DNA of 64,000 nucleotides from Eledone cirrhosa. Its lineage: Eukaryota. Below are positions 53,302 to 64,000 of the stretch, in pieces. The notes under the pieces were generated by a model. It had not been told where the DNA came from. It ran no database searches and saw nothing but the letters and a program-made list of their open reading frames with translations. The translations under genes were made by a program, and so were the position numbers. Within the stretch, counting starts at the first letter, position 1; each line of letters begins with the position of its first letter. The stretch covers positions 226,672,001-226,736,000 of the forward strand of contig OZ024740.1 in NCBI GenBank assembly GCA_964016885.1, given 5' to 3'.

Positions 53302-56216
53302 ATTTATATATATACTTCATAGATCAGTCAAGCTTCGATATGGACCTTTTTGGTACACTAACAGTATTACTGCTTGATTGACTGACACTGTGAAGAATAA
53401 ATATTTATCTAGATTTTTGTATATCGAGGGATCCTTCTTTCATCATATAACATTTGTCAAGCAACTGTGTGTGTGAACCAATCACATGTTTCTCTATTGA
53501 TATTTTATTGGTGCTGTATGAGGACATTTATTTAACCATGTTTCTATAAATTAAATATACTAGAAAATAATTGTATTTATACAATTATACATTAAAATAA
53601 TGCATGGAATATTATGGAGGTTGTTCTACATATTTTCTTATAAATAATACTAAAAATACCATAGAAGTTGTTGTCCTGGGTAGAATCGAATATTAAATCC
53701 TATAGGATATAACAATTTTCTGATTTCAATTTAGAATAATATTGAAATCATTTCAATAAAAGCAATTTGTCTACTTTACATGATATAATATATAAAATAT
53801 TGTTAAAATTTACATCTATTTGTGAAATGTTCTTACATGCCATCTGCCAATTATCTTTTGAAAAGTAGTAGAAATATTCTTAGAGTTTGGTCATTATATT
53901 GATAAAATTTGCATTGAAATATTTCCTCTCAACCATCTGTAAAAATATTGGATGTATTGAAAAATAGACAGGCTTATATAGTTATTGTTCTAATCAGTAA
54001 TACAAGTATAAATTCACAAAAACACACACACACATATATACCTACACACACACATATATACATACATACATACATATATATATATGTATATATATACCCG
54101 TCTATAAACGAAGATGATGATGATGCTGATGATATATATATATACATACATACATATATGCACATACACACACACATATATATTATATATATATAGAGAG
54201 AGAAATTATATCAGCTTGCATGTATATTTGTTTGCATGCATATATTATATATATAGTGAGTGTATTATCTTTCTTTTGATTTTACAAAAAATTCTATCTC
54301 ATTTTATAAGTGTATATAATTCGTGCATGACAAATCCTCTTAATAGAAATTGTTTTAGGAAATGAAAAATGTTTGGTTCATCGAAAAAAGATGCAAGGCC
54401 CAATCAAACTTTTTGTAGAAATGTTTGGGAATAATGATTTTTGGAAGCAAACATTCGTGCCTTCAAAGATTTATTGCATTTTGTCTTTTACTGAATTTAA
54501 AAAAAAATATGAATAAATAGAAATAATATGGCTGACATATTTTAAATTGAACATTTAAGATGAGAAACAGACAGTGATTACAGAAATGTTTTTTAATGTG
54601 TAAAGTCATAAATAGTAAGAGACAATTTTATGTTCTATGAAGTGAAATTCTGATTTTAGATGTTTTGTGCAACCTCAGCTACATCAACGCTATTATTTTC
54701 AAAATTGTTGTCTTCCATATACATTAATTTGTGCTGAGTATAACACAAAGCAATGACATTATTATAAAGCATACTTCGATACGGAGAGAAGGATGAGAAA
54801 GAAACATGGGAGAGAAAGGTTGACAGAGAAAAATATAAGTGATCTATAACTACGCATTAATACTGCTTTGTGAAACTTCAATCAATTCTTCTTGTTTTTA
54901 TCTCTGTTTTTCTCTTCATATTTATTTTATCCTTAGCACTCAAGGTGCAAGCAATCTCTACAGTATTGATTCAACAGTTTGGTCACAATAGGCACAACAC
55001 TCAGAACAATGCTGCACCAATCAAATCAGTATTGATCACATTACTATTCATTCCTTTTTATCTGATAAGTGATATATGAAATATCACAGGATTTTTGCAT
55101 GTTTTTTTTTCCTCTTTATTATTACCTTTTATTTTGTTTTATTTTATATTTTGCAGATTTTTTTTTTTTTTAAATTAGGTTTCTTGAATTGAATCCCGAA
55201 TCACAGAACATTCATAATTATATCAAAGGCTATTTATTTTTTCATCAACAACTTTTATGCCTTCGTGGCTTTAAATTTTCGTGAAACCTAACATATGACA
55301 ATTCCTATGTAATACTTGAAACATTAGGTTCACTTTTAAGGATTTATACTTACAAATTTTCTACTTTTGATACAACTGTTGTTTTGATTTTGTTGCTGTA
55401 TTTATATTCCTTTACTTCTGCTGATTCCAGTTATGTTAGCATTGTTATGGGGGTGGGGGAGATTTGTCAATACTCCTCTTTCTAATTTGAATCGACTCAA
55501 AAGTTATAGATTTATCAAATTACAAAACTATATATTTGAACGACTTATAACACTCCTAGTATAAAAAAACAACATAGCTTTTCACTTCCTTTAATTAAAT
55601 TTACCTTTAAAAAGATCAAAGTAAAATGTTTCGAGAAAAATTTGATGGAATTATCAAAACAAAAAACAACCATGCATAATTTTTATGAAAATCTATATAC
55701 ATATATGGGTAAATTATTCCTTATATTGCGTCAATATTTTTGCCTTGGGTAAAGGTAGATATTTACTTTGTACAACAATGCTATCCTAATCATAATCTAC
55801 ATGGAATTATTTGACTGTTAAATTTCTCTCTGAAAATCTCTAACTATAAAAGTGGATGTATATGTTGCAGAATCACTACTGCTAATGTTTTTCGAAGAAA
55901 AGCTTGCCAAATGAAATAGTTATTATCATCACCAACATCAGCTGTATTTCGTCTATTTTTCTATTCTGCCATGGATTGTACAAGTTATTTTGAGGAAGAA
56001 TTCTAAGGTTTGATGTCATTAATGATGCCACCTTTAATTTGTTTGATGTTTTTTCTCAGAAAGTTGGATTTTCACACATCTTTCCAATGAGTCAGGGTGA
56101 CTTCATTTTAGATGGGATGTAAACAAATATCACTGCTTACTTTAGTGGCATCAAAAGTGAAGAGAAGAGAAGATACAGAATCAAAACACACATACACACA
56201 TATATATGTATATATT

Positions 56217-56305
56217 TAGTGAAAAGTTAGTGCCTAACAGCTGAGCTCACACTGTTTCACATTAAAATGGTGTGAGCTCAACTGTCGGGTTCTATCTTTT
56301 CACTA
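56217..56305. repeat. Imperfect fold-back hairpin
   Basis: TAGTGAAAAG..ACAGCTGAGCTCACAC pairs with GTGTGAGCTCAACTGT..CTTTTCACTA. Confidence 0.8.
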
Positions 56306-56381
56306 TACATGCTCTTCACTTTCCCAAGTATCATGCACTTAGCTAAACATGGTCTTACTAGTCTAAACTGCTAACTCCCAA

Positions 56382-56502
<121 letters not shown>

Positions 56503-56507
56503 TTATA

Positions 56508-56857
56508 TATCATCATCATCATCATCATCGTTTAACGTCCATTTTCCACGCTAGCATGGGTATGGACGGGAATTGTCCCACTTGAGGCAAGATTTGTTGT
56601 CTTGCTCAGGACTGTCTGGCGGGTTTTCTACGGCTGCATGCCCTTCCTAACACCAACCACGTTTACAGTGTGAACTGGGAGGTTTTTACCATGTTACCTA
56701 CACGGCCACATTACAGCATGGACTGTGTGTTTTATTGTCATGACACCTACACGTCTGGGGGGTTTTCTAGGGCTGAGTGCCCTTCCCAACACCAACCACG
56801 TTTACAGTGTGTACTGGGAGGTTTCTACCGTGTTACCTACACGGCCACATTACAGCA
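56508..56857 (-). mobile_element. Family C element with internal duplication
   Basis: Reverse complement of family C; the module region is repeated at 56755-56857. Confidence 0.8.
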
Positions 56858-57080
56858 TATATATATAGTTGTGTATAGTGGTAGCTATGGTGCTTCCATA
56901 GGCGGTATGCCAAAATTAGCACTCGATATTCATCAGAGTAGAGTGTAGATATTATAAAGAAAACGAAAAATCAGTAATTTAAGAAAACAAAAAATCAGTT
57001 TATTTTGTGTTATAAATGTTTCGCTGGCATGTAGCTCGAGTCATGGTCCTCGTATGTATCTGGCTGATTCTACTTCTGTG

Positions 57081-57165
57081 GGTTCTTTCAGACACGGGTG
57101 TTTCATCCGGAGCAAATTTTATCACAAAATTTGCTCTGGACGTAACACCCGTGTCTGAAAGAACC
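57081..57165. repeat. 40-bp-arm hairpin inside an (AT)n-flanked insert (56868-57269)
   Basis: GGTTCTTTCAGACACGGGTGTT..TCCGGAGCAAATTTT atcac AAAATTTGCTCTGGA..AACACCCGTGTCTGAAAGAACC. Confidence 0.9.
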
Positions 57166-57858
57166 AACCAACCAGCTGGAAATTTATAAATTTAATTTAT
57201 AATAAATTGGAGTGAAAGCAACTGGTGCGTGTGTTTCTTATTGGCAACATGACCCTCCCAAAGCATAACTATATATATATATTAATATATTATATATATA
57301 TATATTGTGCCTAAAAGTAGAAACAATTATTTTCACCATCATCTCATTTAGTGTCTAATAGAATGTAAGAAGTAGGGGGTAGATGTAATTACCACATCAC
57401 CACTGTAACAACTTCCTTCTTATACAATGTTATGTTAATATTGTTTAACTAGAATGTGTAAAATTTTATAGGTTACAAATATTCAAGTGGAAATATATTA
57501 CATATGTTCTATATGTAAACCATAAAGGTTGGTTTCATTCCTAACTTAAATGCTATTTACATCATGTAAAGGCCACTTACATTATGAAAATAATCCTCCT
57601 CTTCGCCTTAATTGAATATCATATAATGCATTAGAGGGTCAATTTTATACACACAACACACACTCACACACATACATAAAAATATATATTTGTCACAAAT
57701 ACAAACAACAGTGTAAGAATATAACAATACATACATAAATAAATACATACACAGAATTGTATACAGGCATATAATGGTACAAATATAAATCTACGTACAG
57801 CAAGACACAAATACACACATCTAAAATAATATATCTCCACCTACACACAGTCATCTCT

Positions 57859-57899
<41 letters not shown>

Positions 57900-58232
57900 A
57901 TATATTATTATTTGGCAAAATTGGAAGAGCATCGGACAACATGCTTTGCAGCATAGAGTTGAAGCCCTTTACATTCTGAGTTCAAATTCTGCCGAGGTTA
58001 GATTTGCCTTTCATCCTTTCGAGGTCAATAAAATAAAGTACCAGTCATGCACTGGGGTTGATTTAACCAACTTTCCCCTCCCCCCAAATTGCTGTCTAAA
58101 TCAGAACCAATTATTGTTATTATTATTCCCGCCGAGGTTGACTTTGCCTTTCATCCTTACGGGGTCGATAAAATAAAGTACCAGTAATGCACTAGGTAAT
58201 TTCTGGCCTTGTGCCTAAAGTAGAAACAATTG

Positions 58233-58272
<40 letters not shown>

Positions 58273-58291
58273 TATATAGTAATAATAATAA

Positions 58292-58469
58292 TTATGCTTA
58301 TATATTTAACCAAAATTTTGATACAAAATATATGTGGGTATAAACACACACAACTATGTATGTATGAATATATATATATATATATATATATATTCATACA
58401 TACATAGTTGTGTGTGTTTATACCCACATATATTTTGTATCAAAATTTTGGTTAAATATATAAGCATAA
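58292..58469. repeat. Apparently perfect 178-bp palindrome centred on (AT)n
   Basis: TTATGCTTATATATTTAACC...GTATGAA(TA)nTTCATAC...GGTTAAATATATAAGCATAA. Confidence 0.95.
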
Positions 58470-59143
58470 CTAATAACTGTTTCTATTTCCAATTGTTCTG
58501 GGTTTAATTTCTATGGAAACTAATTTTGCATCATGCTTTTTCTGGGGTTAGTAATACACTGGATCAATTTGATTAATCACACCCATTGCTCTGCTTAACT
58601 ACAGGAATGTACCTTCATATTCCTGTGATTTTATTCCTTCCAGCACTGTATACAGCGTTTCTAGTATTGTAAAGTATTATATGAAATTTAATCTCAGACT
58701 AGTCCAGAAATATTGCAAGGCACATAGCTTAGTGGTTAGAGAATTGGATTTGCAGTTGTGAAGTTGTGAGTTTGACTCCCAGACTGAGCAATGCATTATG
58801 TCCTTGAGCAAAACACTTATTTTACGTTGCTCTTTCTGCCATGAGTTGTGACCAGTAGATAGTGTCAGCAATGGAAAGACCAATGGAAACATTGTTTCTT
58901 TTATTTAATTTGATGACATCCATCCCACTCCATAAGGGAATGAAGTCTGGAACCTTGTTGATCAACTTCCCCCCTATTCCTGCATGGGGCACAAATGAAT
59001 GGTGTGAAGAAAATAACTAGCAAGACAAAAGAAATGAAGTAAAAGAACTTCAGAACTCAAATGCAAAATAAAATTATAAATAAAATAAGGTCACAATTAA
59101 AAGGTAATGTGGGAATAAAAGATAAATGACTGTATAAAAAGAA

Positions 59144-59359
59144 TTAACCCTTTAGCATTTACATTATTCTATATTTACTATTATATTTTCACAGTAAAAG
59201 CTTTACCTCACATAATATCTAGTCTATGAGATTTTGATATTATCTATTTTGAGAACAATACTTTAACATCAGTGTGAGTGGCCGGTTACAGCTGGTTTCA
59301 ACAGAAAGAGGTGAGAGAATTCTGGCAGGATATGGCCAGTTTAAATGCTAAAGGATTAA
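59144..59359 (+). mobile_element. piggyBac-type MITE
   Basis: TTAA-CCCTTTAGCATTTA ... TAAATGCTAAAGGA-TTAA. Confidence 0.85.
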
Positions 59360-61007
59360 AGATTGAAAGACAAAGATATTTAACAGAAACTAAAGGATTA
59401 AAAATTGTTAGTTTTCTTGTCATCACAAGGGTTTTGTTAGTTATAAATTCATTGACTTTAGTTATTTCAATACATTCTGACAAGACCTACAAAGAAATTT
59501 AAAATGTAGATGGGAGTTAAAATACTGGGTTCTACAACAGCAACAATAACAACAATAGAAATAAAAGCCAAAAAATATATTTCAAAGTGAATAAGAAATG
59601 GCAGCCAATGTAAACTACAGTAAACATCAACATCTGTTACAATAAAAACAAGAAAAACAACTACTACAACAACAATGCTTCTCTTAAAATGAGAAAATGA
59701 GAACTGACAATGATGGAGGAAAGTATAAGAAATAATAACAAAAATAAACTAGGGTTTATCTATATTTGTTATGGTTTTGGAGAAGATTTTACAATGTGTA
59801 TCCTGGATGTTTATTTAGTAAGCCAATACTAACCCAAACTAAAACATACTTAACCAAGCCAGCCTCTTTTGTTATGGATCTTCTTTTGAGTTTATTATCA
59901 AATTAAGAGGTTCCAAATAAAGTTGTCAAGTTCTTTTCAATGTTTTCTGCTGATCAGCTTTTTATAATGTCCCTAAGAGTAAGCTTGAGTGGAACTTAAC
60001 AATGGCTTATGTTCCCAAGGGGGCAGCTATGACCTATTCAGTATTGAATCAGTGGGTAGGGTCAGGTGGGGGGCAGAAAAGGGCATACAAAGTTCATTGG
60101 CCTTCTAGAACCTTTCATTTCATTTTTCCTCCCTTTTCTTATGTGTTTTTAATTGTCTTAATGGAAAATTGAGGGTGGGAGAACAGTGTGTATAAAATGA
60201 AATTAACCTGCAATTGTGAATGAATGACCTCCTGGAATAAACTAAATAGAATTGGCAGTTGTAAAGAAGAGTGTAGTGGACAGAAAGGAAATCTTGTGAT
60301 TTATTGGTCAATAAGAACAGAATGAAATTCTGGCCTTCATTCAGTCATTCTTTTCACAAAATGTTAATTATGGAAGTGTATTTCCTTTACAATATAAGAG
60401 AAAAGGTGTTGGGTCTTACACATACTCATTCTTTGTTGAAACACAATATAGCAAGCATTCCATTTTACCTAGAAATATGCATCTTTTTTCATTTATTTTT
60501 TATTTTTATTTTTGCTTTACTTTGGAGTGAGACGAAAGGACTACTAGACAGCACTGATCTTTATTTAGTATCAGAGAGAGAAAGAGAGAAACTGTCTGTC
60601 ACCATAATAAAGTTGATGGATTAGAAAATAATCATATTTTCCAAAGAATGGAAAGTGGCATAACATTACTACTACTTTTACAGAATTTTAATAAAATATC
60701 AAGGAAATTCCATTTCGAATAGTAATTGGAAAATTATGAAAATCAGTTGCAGCAAATGTTTCTTCTGAGCCATAAGTTACTTATTTATTATCTCTTGGTC
60801 AATTCTTCATAAGTGGATGCAAACAAATACTTTAGCCAGTCAAAAGCAGCTGTGTTGAGAGCTAAACACCAAATATAGTTATACCATACTGAAGAAATCT
60901 TCTGCCAAAATGAATTGTAATTCAAATTGAGATTGTTTTAAAATCAATTTGTTTTCTTTTTCGTTAGATGAACAAATAAATGTATATCATTTGTAGTATG
61001 CATATGT

Positions 61008-61138
61008 TTTTATATAAATATATATTAAAAAATATATATTTATATAAATATATATTAAAAAATATATATTTATATAAATATATATTAAAGAATATATATT
61101 TATATAAATATATATTAAAAAATATATATTTATATAAA
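61008..61138. repeat. 30-bp AT-rich tandem repeat x4
   Basis: TTTATATAAATATATATTAAAAAATATATA repeated. Confidence 0.9.
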
Positions 61139-61985
61139 AGTAATTTGAATATTATTTTTTAATCTGATAGAATTTCATAAATTGGTAAATAAATTATTTT
61201 TCTGGTGAAAATATGAAAAACTCTATTCAGGTGTGTGTGTGTGGTCACACATAAAATATATTCTACATTTGTATTTGTTATATGTATCCATGTGTGTGTG
61301 TCTGAGTCTATATTTACGTACACACATATATTTTACTCTCTCTTTCACTTTCATATGTATATGTGTGTGTGTTTGTGTGTGCATGAGCCTCTATATGTGT
61401 GTGTCTGTCTGAGTGTAATGTTTACAGTGAAATTGTAAAAGAGAGATGGAGTAAAGTTCCTAGATTTCTCAGAAGAAATAATACCAAAAACATCTTTAGC
61501 CAACCAACAAACAAACCAACCAGACGCAGACTAAAGAGTTTTGCGTTAAAAAAACATACTGAAGATTTTTTTTCCTTTAATTTGAACACTTTTAGTAATA
61601 TATCAAGTCTATTTCTATGTTATTGAGCCAGATTTCCATTACACTTAACCAATGAAAGTAAAAGTAGACAATTGTGAAGACATCTATGAAGTAAGCCTTA
61701 GTAATATTTTGAGATTTTCGAGGATTAAACCTGAAGAAATTGTATGAAATGATAAAATTGATTTTTCAGAAAAATCATTTTCTGTTGTTTTGTGTTTCAT
61801 TTTCATTTATATCTCTCATATAGAGAGATAGTTATTCATTGCAAATATGGGAGCAATATTAACTGCATAATTGAATTAAAAGTCTTCAGCTTCATAGAAA
61901 TGGACTCTTATTAATAATCAAAGTATATTTTTAAAAAAAAATGAATTTCTATTTGTGTTGTGTTTTTATTTTGCAAGGTTTTATG

Positions 61986-62055
<70 letters not shown>

Positions 62056-62401
62056 TATCCATGTATATTATCATTATTATTATTGTCCTTATTGTTATTA
62101 TCATTCCTTTAAACTATTTACAGAAAGCTCTAATGAATGGACATTGATTAGCGAGTTCAAATCGTTTCAAAATAATGAAGCTATATATTCTATATGCAGC
62201 TATACTTTATATTTGAGTTTTAACAACAAAATAGAAGCAAAGTTAGACTGAATGAATGTTGGATATAATGAAATTTATATTTTTGTACAGAGTAAAAAGG
62301 ATGAAAACAGAGCCCAAAAATGATATATATAATGTCCAGCAATGAAATAGAAATAATAATATTAATAATAACAAATAATTATATGAATAATATATATATA
62401 T

Positions 62402-62555
62402 ATCATCATCATCGTTTTTATGTCCGTTTCTTTCTCATCTCCTCTGTGAGTCTCAGCAATTTGAGGTCAGTTCTCACAGCCTCAGCTCAGGTCTTTCTTA
62501 GTCTACCTCTACTGTGGTTTTCTTCTATTGGGATTTCCTGGCACTTCTTCACCCG
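62402..62555 (-). mobile_element. RTE-clade LINE 3' fragment with internal deletion
   Basis: Reverse-complement homologue of 45905-46030; (CAT)n tail. Confidence 0.7.
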
Positions 62556-62605
62556 GCAGGTCTTCAGAAGAGAAACCCCACTGAAGCAAGTGTTTCAGCC
62601 CTTAT

Positions 62606-62742
<137 letters not shown>

Positions 62743-62776
62743 TTGGAAAATGTGTGAAATCCTTGGTACCATTAGG

Positions 62777-62900
62777 TATATTTGAAAAAAGCAAAAGAAT
62801 GACTTCACTTGTAGTTCTAAACAATTTAATTTTATAATATTATAAAATGAAATTATTTAGAACCACAAGTGAAGTCATTCTTTTCCTTTTTTCAAATATA
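62777..62900. repeat. Fold-back palindrome (~60-bp arms, no spacer)
   Basis: AAAAGAATGACTTCACTTGT.GTTCTAAA...TTTTATAATATTATAAAA...TTTAGAAC.ACAAGTGAAGTCATTCTTTT; adjacent to (AT)n. Confidence 0.92.
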
Positions 62901-62957
62901 TATATATAGATAGATATATATATATAGATAGATATACATATATATGAATACACACGC

Positions 62958-63506
<549 letters not shown>

Positions 63507-63545
63507 CATACATATACATATATATATATACACACATATATGTAT

Positions 63546-63733
63546 ATCATCGTCATCATCATCATCATCATCATTTTACATCCGCTTTTCCCTGTTTGCA
63601 AGGGCGGGATGGGTCCTATGCAGCACATCATCTCTCCACTTGTCACGGTCCTTTATCATCTCCTCCGGGAGCTTCACAAATCTGAGGTCTGCTCTCAACC
63701 CCTCCGCCCAGGTTTTTTGTGGTCTTCCTCGAT
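63546..63733 (-). mobile_element. RTE-clade LINE 3' end
   Basis: [33 protein letters not shown] plus the family tail; inserted in (AT)n. Confidence 0.85.
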
Positions 63734-64000
63734 GTATATATATATATATATATATGATAATAATAAAAATTAGGATAATTGATAGAGTTGGCAACAGAAA
63801 ACAAGGCAGAATGAAATAAATTCTTTAAAGGGGAAACTTTTAAAAGCATTTTTTAAAAATATGAAATAAAAATCAATGGCAAAAAAAAAGGCAAACGAAA
63901 GCCACAAAACTTCAAAGTCTTCAGCCATTGAGATGGACTTAGGCAGTTTCTACCCCTACCAATGATACTGCTGGTTTCACAACATCCGAAAAACAAGCCA

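Noticed and set aside
61725-61760. CTGAAGA...GAAA spacing like a hammerhead
   Set aside because: No stem I or stem II pairing; likely chance in AT-rich DNA.

Overview
This is a very AT-rich, microsatellite-dense, non-coding stretch of a eukaryotic genome. The repeat inventory looks like that of an octopod cephalopod (inference from recalled SINE motifs). No host protein-coding gene can be supported; almost all listed ORFs are translations of simple repeats. Recognisable content: (i) 5'-truncated REL-endonuclease (R4/Dong-like) LINEs sitting in (TAA)n, plus a second family sitting in (CATA)n with a 17-bp target-site duplication (TSD); (ii) 3' ends of RTE-clade LINEs and SINE/non-autonomous families that share their tail; (iii) a tRNA-like-headed SINE forming a 6 x 187-bp array and a 5-copy stack; (iv) piggyBac-type TTAA MITEs, a probable solo LTR and several mini/microsatellites. 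The most notable hidden signal is a set of short, mutually unrelated inserts in (AT)n or (GT/AT)n tracts that carry minimal type-I hammerhead ribozymes with palindromic stem III. Two are well formed, two have one damaged stem and several are decayed; two show the U3-A8 core covariation. Seven long fold-back palindromes also occur, mostly at (AT)n, and the SINE bodies contain a repeated, covarying H-type pseudoknot module. All structures were read by eye and coordinates of decayed elements are approximate.
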